IMG/VR virus record: IMGVR_UViG_3300031251_000016
Coordinates: 2,458-66,457 of that record
Source of the DNA: a virus
DNA length: 64,000 nt
Strand: one strand, 5' to 3'
Shown piece by piece: positions 55,050 through 63,571 of this stretch; positions within the stretch are counted from its first letter, which is position 1; each line of letters starts with the position of its first letter. The position numbers were made by a program, and so were the translations under genes. Below the pieces are notes generated by a model. That model worked only from the letters and a program-made list of their open reading frames with translations. It did not search any database and was not told where the DNA came from.

Positions 55050-55508
55050 ATGAAGCTTTGCAATCCAAGTCGCTGGGATAGCTACTTTTTTCGCGTTGCC
55101 GAGGCCGGCGCGCTCATGTCGAAGGACCCCTCGACGCAATGCGGGGCGGTCATCGTCCGGCCAAATAAGACGATCGCCTCGACAGGCTGGAACGGGTTTC
55201 CGCGCGGCGTCGAGGATGCGACCGACCGCTACACTTTGCGCGAGCAAAAGCTGCTCATGGTCGTGCATGCAGAGGCGAATAGCATTGCGTCGGCGCGCGA
55301 GGCGCTCGACGGCTACGCGCTTTACGTCACGCCGCTCGCGCCATGCTCGAACTGCGCCGGCCTCGTCATTCAGGCGGGCATCAAGACCGTCTGCTTCAAA
55401 GCGCCGGCGGACGCGCCCGAGCGCTGGCGCGCCTCTTTCGACGCCACAATGACGATGTTCGCCGAGGCTGGCGTCGAGACGCGATGGTTCGGAGAAGCAA
55501 GCCGATGA
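55050..55508 (+). CDS. dCMP deaminase
   Basis: SKDPSTQCGA, GWNGFPRG, HAEAN, PCSNC. Confidence 0.92.
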   Translation: MKLCNPSRWDSYFFRVAEAGALMSKDPSTQCGAVIVRPNKTIASTGWNGFPRGVEDATDRYTLREQKLLMVVHAEANSIASAREALDGYALYVTPLAPCSNCAGLVIQAGIKTVCFKAPADAPERWRASFDATMTMFAEAGVETRWFGEASR

Positions 55509-55936
55509 CCGTCCTCACCCAAATCGACAACGCTAAGACGCTTTTCTTCGAGCGGGAGCACGAAGGGAAGGACTCGCCCGTCCGCCTCCGCATCCACGAC
55601 CCGGCCGACCCCGAGAACGACTGGCGCTCGGCGGTCTTCTCGAATTTCGAGCTGGCGGCCATGTGCGTGCAGCTGCAGCGCTTCGCCGTCGAGCGAACGG
55701 ACTGGTTCCCAATCTACGCAAACCCGGTCGTCGTCGCCGCCTTTGAGAAGCGCCTCGTCGACGGTGAAGGCAAGCTTACCGAATGGCGCGAGAAGCAGGG
55801 CATTAGGGCCGAGCGCGAGGCGAAGCAGTCCAAGCTGCTCGACGCTTTGGCGAACTATGTCGAGGCGCGCGACTTCGGCTTCGAGGGAAACTTCGACGCG
55901 GTCAGGGAAGCTTTCGAGGCGAGCAAGGAGGGTTAA
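55505..55936 (+). CDS. Hypothetical protein
   Basis: ATGA-coupled ORF. Confidence 0.6.
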   Translation: MTVLTQIDNAKTLFFEREHEGKDSPVRLRIHDPADPENDWRSAVFSNFELAAMCVQLQRFAVERTDWFPIYANPVVVAAFEKRLVDGEGKLTEWREKQGIRAEREAKQSKLLDALANYVEARDFGFEGNFDAVREAFEASKEG

Positions 55937-55939
55937 AAT

Positions 55940-56587
55940 ATGAGTGGGATGGCGTTGGCGCCCAGAGTGGCCGACATTGTGAGGGTTGTCTCCGAGGACT
56001 ATGGCCTCCCAATTTTTGCAATCCTCTCGCCGCGCAAGTCCGCGCAGATCGTCGAGCCGCGGCACGTCTGCGTCTACCTCGCGTCCGAGTTGACCAAACA
56101 ATCTTGGACGCAACTCGGCCGGCACTTCGAGCGCGATCACACGTCGCTCTTAACCGCACGGGCGAACTTCGAAAAGCGGCTCGCCACGGATAGCGCCCTC
56201 GCCGCGCGCGTTGAGCGCCTCGCCGCCGAGGCGCGTCGGCTCGCCGTGCCGGAGATCCGCGAGGCGGAGGACGAGCAGCGACGCCTCGCGGCGCACACGC
56301 GCAGGCTAGAAGACGCGGCGCTCCGGCGCGCGGCGCGTGAGATGAAAGAACGGCGCGAGCGCACGCAGGTCGTGCTCGACGAGCTTCCCAGAACGCCGCC
56401 AGGGCCGTCACGTGACCGACTCGTCGCGGAGGCGAAGGGCCTCGACCCTCGCTTTAACGAGCTCGCGCGCCGCTACGCCTACGCGCAGCAGGCGACCTTC
56501 ACGATGGCGGAACGCGAAGCCAATGCGGCGCTGTCGCGCGAGATCGCGTTCCTGCCGAAGCGCTTCGCCGAGCGCGCGCGTGGTTAA
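55940..56587 (+). CDS. DnaA C-terminal HTH domain protein
   Basis: RKSAQIVEPRHVCVYLASELT..SWTQLGRHFERDHTSLL. Confidence 0.8.
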   Translation: MSGMALAPRVADIVRVVSEDYGLPIFAILSPRKSAQIVEPRHVCVYLASELTKQSWTQLGRHFERDHTSLLTARANFEKRLATDSALAARVERLAAEARRLAVPEIREAEDEQRRLAAHTRRLEDAALRRAAREMKERRERTQVVLDELPRTPPGPSRDRLVAEAKGLDPRFNELARRYAYAQQATFTMAEREANAALSREIAFLPKRFAERARG

Positions 56588-58388
56588 GGCTTACTACAAC
56601 GAGCATGACCCTCACGCTGCGGCGTGGCTTCGCAACCTGATCGCGCAAGGACTGATCGCGGATGGAGACGTCGACGAAAGAAGCATCGAAGACGTCCGCC
56701 CCGACGACTTGCGAGACTACGCCCAGTGCCACTTCTTTGCCGGCGTCGGAGTTTGGTCTTACGCACTCCGACTTGCCGGCTGGCCCGACGACCGGCCTGT
56801 CTGGACCGGCTCGTGTCCGTGCCAACCTTTCAGCGCGGCAGGCAAAAGAGGCGGGGCTTCTGACGAGCGGCACCTATGGCCTGCGTTCTTCCATCTCATC
56901 GAGCAGTGCAGACCTAGAACTGTTTTTGGCGAGCAGGTTGCGAGCAAGGATGGGCTCGCTTGGCTCGACCTTGTTCACGCTGACTTGGAAGGAGCGGGCT
57001 ACGCCGTTGGGGCTCTCGATCTCTGCGCTGCGGGCGTCGGGGCGCCGCATATCCGACAGCGATTGTTCTTCGTGGCCGACGCCGATGGCGGGCTCTCCGG
57101 CGACCGAGGCTTACAACGAAGCGGGGAACAGCGACTACAGCCGCAAGACGGTGGCGCTAGCCTCCTGGCCGACGCCGAAAGCCTCGGACTGCCAGGGCGG
57201 CAGGACGACGGAGACGGCGGGCGGCGGCAACGCGCATCTGGATCGGGACGTGAGGTTGGCGAGCTGGGCGACGCCGGCAGCACGGGACGGCCGATTTGCG
57301 AACGCGAAGACCTACAAGGAGCGGGGCGGTGGGGTGAAGGGGGAGCAGTTGAACAACCAAGCCGTCCACTTAGCGGGTTGGGCGACGCCGAATGCCTCGG
57401 CGCCGGGAGGGACGCCGGAAGCAGCTTTGAAGCGCAAGGAGGGCCTTCCTTGCGGTCAGAGCGTGACGACGCTGGATCATCAAGTTCAGATGGTCGGCCC
57501 GGTCCGACTAACGGCTATTGGAATCTTGCTGACTGGATCTTCTGCACAGACGGAAAATGGCGGCCAGTTGAGTCCACGCATGTCCGCTTGGCTCCAAGGA
57601 TTGCCGCCGATTTGGGACGAGTGCGCGCCGACGAAGGAACAGATGAAACGGAGTTGATGAATGCCGCGCGTCTACGAGGTCAAACCAACCCCCGAAAAGT
57701 TTTGTCGTCACTGCGGCGTAGCACTGGGGCGGAAGCGCATGAACGGCCGCCTAGAGGACCGAGGGGTTTTCCTGCGGCGACAGTTTTGCGATCAAACGTG
57801 CATGGCGAAAGCCATGGAGAAAGAGACCTGCACGTCGGTCAGCCATTCCCGCATGAAGGCCAATCGCACGATGAAACCATCATGCGAAGCGTGCAACGCG
57901 ACGGGAAAGCTACACGTCCACCACAAGGACGAGAACCCGCTCAACAACGACCCGTCGAACTTGAAGACGTTGTGCGTCTCTTGCCACCGTCGCTCGCACT
58001 CGCCGAACTTCACGGCGACAGGGGAACAGCGAGCGCCTTGCGCTCATTGTGCGAAGCAATCTGTAAAGGTCGGTCTTTGCGCCACGCACCTGACGAGGCT
58101 CAGGCGCTTTGGCCATCCCTTAGCCAAGAAGCGAAAGATTGGATCGGCTTGGGTTTTGATGCTGCACGATGGGAACTTGTGGTTCCCTTTCCCCTCATAG
58201 ATGGGTCTGCCTTCCGAGTGGGACCAGGCGGCGCCAACTCGCGACCAAATGAAGGCATCTTCGAAGGCAAGTCCCGCGCGAAAATGCTCCGCGGCTACGG
58301 GAACTGCATCGTCGCGCCGCTCGCGGCGGAATTCATCGGCGCTTTCCTCGATTGGGAAACCGAAGGCTTGGGAGGGGTTATGAAATGA
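56580..58388 (+). CDS. DNA cytosine-C5 methyltransferase, alpha polypeptide (lacks motif IX; about 200-aa insertion)
   Basis: HFFAGVG, GSCPCQPFS, FGEQV, PHIRQRLFF, motif X GYGNCIV; GTG start at 56580. Confidence 0.88.
   Translation: MVKAYYNEHDPHAAAWLRNLIAQGLIADGDVDERSIEDVRPDDLRDYAQCHFFAGVGVWSYALRLAGWPDDRPVWTGSCPCQPFSAAGKRGGASDERHLWPAFFHLIEQCRPRTVFGEQVASKDGLAWLDLVHADLEGAGYAVGALDLCAAGVGAPHIRQRLFFVADADGGLSGDRGLQRSGEQRLQPQDGGASLLADAESLGLPGRQDDGDGGRRQRASGSGREVGELGDAGSTGRPICEREDLQGAGRWGEGGAVEQPSRPLSGLGDAECLGAGRDAGSSFEAQGGPSLRSERDDAGSSSSDGRPGPTNGYWNLADWIFCTDGKWRPVESTHVRLAPRIAADLGRVRADEGTDETELMNAARLRGQTNPRKVLSSLRRSTGAEAHERPPRGPRGFPAATVLRSNVHGESHGERDLHVGQPFPHEGQSHDETIMRSVQRDGKATRPPQGREPAQQRPVELEDVVRLLPPSLALAELHGDRGTASALRSLCEAICKGRSLRHAPDEAQALWPSLSQEAKDWIGLGFDAARWELVVPFPLIDGSAFRVGPGGANSRPNEGIFEGKSRAKMLRGYGNCIVAPLAAEFIGAFLDWETEGLGGVMK
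56662..57657 (+). CDS. Overprinted methyltransferase beta polypeptide (W(P/A)TP repeats plus motif IX)
   Basis: +1 frame inside alpha; four W(P/A)TP repeats; GQLSPRMSAWLQGLP resembles motif IX. Confidence 0.72.
   Translation: METSTKEASKTSAPTTCETTPSATSLPASEFGLTHSDLPAGPTTGLSGPARVRANLSARQAKEAGLLTSGTYGLRSSISSSSADLELFLASRLRARMGSLGSTLFTLTWKERATPLGLSISALRASGRRISDSDCSSWPTPMAGSPATEAYNEAGNSDYSRKTVALASWPTPKASDCQGGRTTETAGGGNAHLDRDVRLASWATPAARDGRFANAKTYKERGGGVKGEQLNNQAVHLAGWATPNASAPGGTPEAALKRKEGLPCGQSVTTLDHQVQMVGPVRLTAIGILLTGSSAQTENGGQLSPRMSAWLQGLPPIWDECAPTKEQMKRS
57661..58200 (+). CDS. HNH endonuclease nested out of frame in the methyltransferase
   Basis: GGAG RBS; CRHCG..FCDQTC; LHVHHKDENPLNNDPSNLKTLCVSCHRRSH. 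Confidence 0.85.
   Translation: MPRVYEVKPTPEKFCRHCGVALGRKRMNGRLEDRGVFLRRQFCDQTCMAKAMEKETCTSVSHSRMKANRTMKPSCEACNATGKLHVHHKDENPLNNDPSNLKTLCVSCHRRSHSPNFTATGEQRAPCAHCAKQSVKVGLCATHLTRLRRFGHPLAKKRKIGSAWVLMLHDGNLWFPFPS
58201..58383 (+). CDS. Displaced original C-terminus of the beta polypeptide
   Basis: MGLPSEWDQAAPTRDQMKAS duplicates QGLPPIWDECAPTKEQMKRS; TAG-ATG coupling. Confidence 0.5.
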   Translation: MGLPSEWDQAAPTRDQMKASSKASPARKCSAATGTASSRRSRRNSSALSSIGKPKAWEGL

Positions 58389-58570
58389 TTGGTTTTCCAA
58401 AGTTCGCGTGGCCGCGTCGGCGCGGCGCGCTGCTCGCGGTCCCCGTTCTTCTCGCGATCGCAATCGGACTCGGCGCGGGATGCGCATGGCTAGAGCGCTC
58501 GGATGAAGGATGGCTCACGAAAGAGCCGACAAGCGGCGAGTGGCTCGCGGAAAGGTATGGGCGCAAATGA
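58385..58570 (+). CDS. Small single-TM protein
   Basis: GGAGG RBS; LLAVPVLLAIAIGLGAG. Confidence 0.55.
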   Translation: MIGFPKFAWPRRRGALLAVPVLLAIAIGLGAGCAWLERSDEGWLTKEPTSGEWLAERYGRK

Positions 58571-58740
58571 CTAAGGTCGAAATGACGGACCGGCTGCGGA
58601 AACGCATCTTTCACATGCGCAAGGTCGAAGGCTGGACCTTTGAGGAGATCGGACGCGCGCTCGGCATTTGCCGCGAGAGAGTTCGCCAAGCGCTGCGCGA
58701 AGAGGAAGCGAAGATGGCGACGGCGGCGGGGCGCAAATGA
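58567..58740 (+). CDS. Small HTH protein (sigma70 region 4-like)
   Basis: GWTFEEIGRALGICRERVRQ. Confidence 0.75.
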   Translation: MTKVEMTDRLRKRIFHMRKVEGWTFEEIGRALGICRERVRQALREEEAKMATAAGRK

Positions 58741-59363
58741 ACGACCCGTTCCCCGGGCTGTGGCGAAACTTCTACGGCCTGATCCTCGCAGATCCGCCGT
58801 GGCGGTTCGAGTCATGGAATGGGAAGGACGCCGAGAAATCGCCGGCGCGCCATTATGACCTCATGTCGCTTGACGGCATCAAGGCGCTCCCGGTCGAGAG
58901 CCTCGCGGCGCCGGACTGCGCCCTCGTCGTGTGGGGCGTGCAAGCGATGATGCCCGAGGCTTTCGAACTCATGCGCGCTTGGGGCTTCACGCCGAAGTCG
59001 ACCGGTGCATGGGCGAAGCAATCGAAGAGTGGCGAGAAATGGGCGTTCGGGACGGGCTACATTTTCCGGTCAGCGGCCGAGTTCTACGTCCTCGGCACGC
59101 GAGGCAAGCCCAGGGTCGCCGTGCGCGACGTGCGCAATCTGATCGTCGCGCCGGTGCGTGAGCACAGCCGCAAGCCCGACCAGCTCCACGCCGACCTTGA
59201 GCGCATGTTTCCGCATGTTCCGAAACTCGAGCTCTTCTGCCGCGAGCGTCGGCCGGGGTGGGACGCTTGGGGCAACCACGTCGACAAGTTCGAAGCGCGC
59301 ACCGCCTCTGCCGAATGGGAAGCGCTCGGCGGAGCGCGCGAACTGGAATGGGAGGGGCTGTGA
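58737..59363 (+). CDS. MT-A70 family N6-adenine methyltransferase
   Basis: LILADPPW, HYDLMS, WGF, FGTGY.FR..AE, REHSRKP, LELFCR. Confidence 0.9.
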   Translation: MNDPFPGLWRNFYGLILADPPWRFESWNGKDAEKSPARHYDLMSLDGIKALPVESLAAPDCALVVWGVQAMMPEAFELMRAWGFTPKSTGAWAKQSKSGEKWAFGTGYIFRSAAEFYVLGTRGKPRVAVRDVRNLIVAPVREHSRKPDQLHADLERMFPHVPKLELFCRERRPGWDAWGNHVDKFEARTASAEWEALGGARELEWEGL

Positions 59364-59575
59364 TGCCTTTGTTCGGAGCCTGCAGGGTTCACAACTGGAT
59401 CAACACCGAGACGAACGAGCAGAAGTTCGGCGTGCAAGCTTACGTCGAACTCGGATGGCGCCACGTCACTCCTAAGGTCGGCGACGTGCAGACGCCCATG
59501 CTCTTTGATACGGCTGCGGAAGCGCAGAAAGCGGCCGAGAAGACGCAACAGAGGCTGCGGAGGATTCCGAGTTGA
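59363..59575 (+). CDS. Small hypothetical protein
   Basis: TGATG coupling, GGAGG RBS. Confidence 0.55.
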   Translation: MPLFGACRVHNWINTETNEQKFGVQAYVELGWRHVTPKVGDVQTPMLFDTAAEAQKAAEKTQQRLRRIPS

Positions 59576-59727
59576 ACCCCAACGACCTCGCACGCTACGC
59601 AACCATCTTTGGTATGGCGTTCGTGGGGACGCTCGCGTTTACAAAAGCAATCGTTCTCGTCATATGGGCCATCATTCACGCCCCGCAATTTCCGTGATTG
59701 ACTTGACTACAACGTGACTACAGTGCG

Positions 59728-62604
59728 ATGAAAGAAGCCCGCCACGGTGCTGAAGCGTGGCGGGCTAAGAACAAGTTTGGACGCGCAATGAATAGCACGA
59801 GTGCGCTTGCCCTTCAACCGTCCGTAGTGACTGCGCTCTCCGCGGGCGACGTGCTCTTCCGAGTCGCCGAGCAGTGCGCGGCGCAGGGCTATTTTCCTCT
59901 CCCACTCGCCCCCGCCACGAAATTCCCCTTTCAAAAAGAATGGCATACTTGGCCAAACTGGCGGAACGGCGACTACGGCCGCGCCGGCCTCGTCGGCATC
60001 CGCATGGGCGATAGCGGCGTTTTCGTCCTCGACGTTGATTCGGACCACGATCTGGTCATCCCCGCGCTGCAATGGCTCGTCTGCGGCGCCCCCGTTCGGT
60101 TTGGCTCGCGCGGCTTCGCGACGATACTGCGCTGGGCCGACGGACAGGCGCGCTTCGGCCACGATCTGAAATGGACGCACGCCGATGGAAGCGTCTTCTC
60201 GATCCAGGTTAAGGGGCGTGGGCAGGTCGGCGTCTTTGGCACGACCGATACGGGCAAGACCTATCGTTGGGAAGATGGGGTAGGGCCCTGGAACACGCCG
60301 CTCGCGGCGCTCCCCACCTTCGAAAGCATGGAGGCGCTGCTCGCGCGGATCGACGAAGTCCTGGAGCGCCATGGCTTCCGACGGACCACATTCCCCGAGC
60401 GCCGCGCATCGCATGCCGATCTGCTGAGCGGCGTCGGCGGCAGGGCGGCTTATGCCTATAGCGGAGTCGGCGGCCGGGGGCTGCCGGCCGATCTGAGCTT
60501 TGAGGAGCGAATGGCGCTCAGCGAGTGGGGCGACCGCGAAGTCGCCAAGGCGCTCGCTGAGCTGGGGAGAATGTCGGCGGGAACAGGGCGCGGCAAGGTT
60601 GCGCACGCGTTCGGCCTACGCGTCGGCCCGCTTGTGACGGAGGGGCTGCTGCGTCGGGAAGAGATCGAGGCGGCGATCTTTGCGGCGACGGGCGACGAGA
60701 ATTCCGCCTTCTGGTCCTTTGGCCGCGGCGTCGGCATGACGGTGGGCGAAACGATCGCGGTCGAGCTGGAGACGCTGCGGCGCCCGGCGCGCCAGATCGA
60801 GGAAGCCAAGGCGGCGGGCCTCCCCATGCCTGGGTTCGATTTTGGACCTACCCCGGGGGGAACCGGGAACGAATCTGGGGAGAATCAGGGGCAAGAGGGG
60901 AACGGCGGCCCTTTTGGACTGATTGAGGACCTCGTCGGCGCACTGCGCGACCGGGCGTCGAGGCTTGGGTCCAAGCCTAAGAGCAAAGCGATCGAGCGCG
61001 CCAGGGTCGACTTCGCCCGCTTGCTCACGGCGCTCGTCAAACGCGGCAAGATCGAGCAGCCCCTGTCGAACGAGTTGGCGGCGCTCGCCAAGGCCTACAA
61101 GCCGGACCAGACGGGCGACGGCAACAACCCATGCTGGCCCACCCCTGAGACGGAGAAGCTGGCCGATGACGTTCTGCGGACCCTGGCGCACGGGGGCGAC
61201 GTCAGCAAGGCGCTTGAAATTGGTGAGGAGATGCTGCCCGCGCCGCCGAGCGTGGAAGGCGGGGGGCCTGCGAAGCTCGAGGGCGGCACGCTCACAGCGA
61301 GCGACGACACCTTCGACGCGCTTTCGACGCGCATGGTCGTTGTCAACCAGCGGGGCGTCATGCACGTTCTGCACATCGCCGACGACGGATCGGTCGAGTA
61401 CATGTCCCGCGACGACATGCGCGAGCTGCTCTACTCGAACCTGTTCGTGGGGAGCATGGAGCACAAGGAGCCCGCTTTCGACTGGTGGCGGCGTCATCCC
61501 CGCTACCGGGCGCGCCGCGCCGTCTTCCGGACCGATGGCGGTGAACTGGGCGCGGACGAGTTCAACTTCTGGGCTGGTTTTGGCGTCGCTGAAGAGCGCG
61601 CGACGGTACGGCCGCGGAAGGCCGCTCGGTTTCTGCGGCACCTACGTGAAATCGTTTGCACCGGCGACGCTGCCAAGTACCGCTACGTCAAGCGGTGGCT
61701 GGCCTGGGCCGTGCAGAACCCGGGGCTGCCGGCCGAGGTCATGCTTGTCTTTCAAGGCGAGGGGGAAGGGACCGGCAAGAGCACGGTTAGCGACGTCATG
61801 CAGGTCTTGTTCGGCGGTCATGCGCGCGAGTTCAAGAGCAGCGAGGAACTGCTCGGACGGTTTAACGGTTCTTTGGACAATTGCTGCTTCGCGGCGCTCG
61901 ACGAGATCAGCTTCGCCGGCAACCACGCCGATGCAAAGAAGCTGCGGGCGCTCATCACCAGCCCGAAGATTCGCGCCGAGCGCAAGAACAAAGAGGCGGT
62001 CGAGGTCCCCAATCGTTTGAAGATGATAATGACCACAAACCCGACCTGGGCGGTTAACGCCGGGGAGCGGTCGAGGCGCTACTTCATCACACGCGTGAGC
62101 TCTGAGCGCCTACAAGATTTCCAGTATTTTCAGGAGCTTCGAGACGACTTAGAGGCTGGGGGCTACTCCGAGCTTCTGGGGCTGCTTCGCAGGTTCAAGC
62201 TCGGGGACTGGCACCCACGCCAGCTGCACCGCACGGAAGAACAGGAAGAACAGGAGGTTATGTCGGTCGACGGCGTGACGCAATGGCTCATGCACTGCGC
62301 CGAGATCGACGGCGTCGAGATGGTGAGCAAACGCTCCAAAACCTTCTCGAAGCTGGAACTCGGGCACGGCTGGCACACCACCACGCTCCACGACGCCTAT
62401 GTCTACTATTCCCGGGAGACCGGCGCGCATTACCCGGTCACGCTCAACCAATTCACGACGCGACTGAAGCGGATCCTGGGCGACGCCGCCTACGACCGGG
62501 GGCACATCGTCGAGGAAAAGGATGGTCGACAATCTTCTGGCTTCCGCCTGCCCCACGCGAAGGGGCTCAAGCAAAAGCTGCCAGGCTACCGGGGAGACCC
62601 TTGA
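59728..62604 (+). CDS. Bifunctional primase-polymerase plus SF3-like helicase
   Basis: YFPLPL..K.P..W, VGIRMG..FVLDVD; Walker A GEGTGKST, LDE, MTTN, RRYF; start may be 59788. Confidence 0.85.
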   Translation: MKEARHGAEAWRAKNKFGRAMNSTSALALQPSVVTALSAGDVLFRVAEQCAAQGYFPLPLAPATKFPFQKEWHTWPNWRNGDYGRAGLVGIRMGDSGVFVLDVDSDHDLVIPALQWLVCGAPVRFGSRGFATILRWADGQARFGHDLKWTHADGSVFSIQVKGRGQVGVFGTTDTGKTYRWEDGVGPWNTPLAALPTFESMEALLARIDEVLERHGFRRTTFPERRASHADLLSGVGGRAAYAYSGVGGRGLPADLSFEERMALSEWGDREVAKALAELGRMSAGTGRGKVAHAFGLRVGPLVTEGLLRREEIEAAIFAATGDENSAFWSFGRGVGMTVGETIAVELETLRRPARQIEEAKAAGLPMPGFDFGPTPGGTGNESGENQGQEGNGGPFGLIEDLVGALRDRASRLGSKPKSKAIERARVDFARLLTALVKRGKIEQPLSNELAALAKAYKPDQTGDGNNPCWPTPETEKLADDVLRTLAHGGDVSKALEIGEEMLPAPPSVEGGGPAKLEGGTLTASDDTFDALSTRMVVVNQRGVMHVLHIADDGSVEYMSRDDMRELLYSNLFVGSMEHKEPAFDWWRRHPRYRARRAVFRTDGGELGADEFNFWAGFGVAEERATVRPRKAARFLRHLREIVCTGDAAKYRYVKRWLAWAVQNPGLPAEVMLVFQGEGEGTGKSTVSDVMQVLFGGHAREFKSSEELLGRFNGSLDNCCFAALDEISFAGNHADAKKLRALITSPKIRAERKNKEAVEVPNRLKMIMTTNPTWAVNAGERSRRYFITRVSSERLQDFQYFQELRDDLEAGGYSELLGLLRRFKLGDWHPRQLHRTEEQEEQEVMSVDGVTQWLMHCAEIDGVEMVSKRSKTFSKLELGHGWHTTTLHDAYVYYSRETGAHYPVTLNQFTTRLKRILGDAAYDRGHIVEEKDGRQSSGFRLPHAKGLKQKLPGYRGDP

Positions 62605-62641
62605 CGGGGTAGTGAATACGGGCTACCGTGAGTCCATCAAT

Positions 62642-62673
62642 GAGGGTCGCCCCACTTCGGTCGGGCGGCCCTC
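62642..62673 (+). terminator. Hairpin after primase-helicase
   Basis: GAGGGTCGCCC..GGGCGGCCCTC; weak U tract. Confidence 0.45.
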
Positions 62674-62691
62674 AATCGTTTAGGGAAAACC

Positions 62692-62990
62692 ATTCTCCCC
62701 AACTCTCCCCAGACTTCTCCCCAGACTTTTTGTTTCTAAATCAATTAGATGGGAGAATGGGGAGAGTGGGGAGAATTTTTACTTGCTCCCCCGAGCGAAC
62801 TTTCCGAGCCGCCATCCGATCGGTCTTGACCGTAACGCGCCACCCCTGCGCGCGACGACGGCTGCGCCTTTGCCTACTGTTATTTCATTTCCTCCAATCA
62901 TAAATACTCCCCATTCTCCCCCTTCTCCCTAAGAGTTGATAATAAAGGAAAAAGGCCGGGGAGAAGTCTGGGGAGAATTGGGGAGAATAC
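62692..62990. repeat. Putative replication origin: clustered TCTCCCC / GGGGAGA iterons in nested inverted arrangement
   Basis: Triplets near 62694, 62751, 62906 and 62957 separated by AT-rich spacers; directly after primase-helicase. Confidence 0.65.
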
Positions 62991-63024
62991 CCGTTCCCCA
63001 CCCGGTCGGATAGTGTTTCTAGGC

Positions 63025-63052
63025 TTGACAAGTAGGGTGGGGCATATAGAAT
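63025..63052 (+). promoter_or_regulatory. Near-consensus sigma70 promoter
   Basis: TTGACA-16 nt-TAGAAT. Confidence 0.7.
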
Positions 63053-63082
63053 GCTAGAAACGTAGAAAGCTAGGAGGTTACG

Positions 63083-63310
63083 TTGAAACAGGTAAACGTG
63101 CGCTTTAGCGCCGACGAGATGAATGACATAGACGCGTGGCGTGCGACGTCGTTCCTCAAGGATGCTCAAGGCATCCCCACCCGGCCGGAAGCCCTGCGCA
63201 TTCTTGTGGGGGTCGCCTTCGCTGCGATGCGGGGGGACGAAGTTGCGCGCGTGTCGCGCGACCTCGTCGTAACGATTTCTAAGTCGACCCTTGCGTGGGA
63301 GGGATTGTAA
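63083..63310 (+). CDS. Ribbon-helix-helix DNA-binding protein
   Basis: AGGAGG RBS; VNVRFS..IDAWR..PTRPEALRILV. Confidence 0.75.
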   Translation: MKQVNVRFSADEMNDIDAWRATSFLKDAQGIPTRPEALRILVGVAFAAMRGDEVARVSRDLVVTISKSTLAWEGL

Positions 63311-63571
63311 ACGGGTGGCTTGACTTTAAGGCGCTCCTGCCTTAACTATTGCATGCGCTCAGTGCGCAAAGGTCCAAGCGGGCCCTCCCCACATGCCGTC
63401 AGTGGGGGAGGGCCTTTGCTTTTTCAGGGAGCCATCGGACCTCCAGGAAAGTGGGGGAGGGCCTTTGCTTTTTCAGCGAGCCACACCCGGTCTTCTTCGA
63501 GGGTCATTTGTAAAGCTTGGCGAAGCTCGGCCGTCCTGTCATGATACGAAAACATACGAACGGACAGAGCC

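Noticed and set aside
57573-58187. Intein in the methyltransferase
   Set aside because: No block A/B or HN/HQ-C/S/T terminus in the alpha frame
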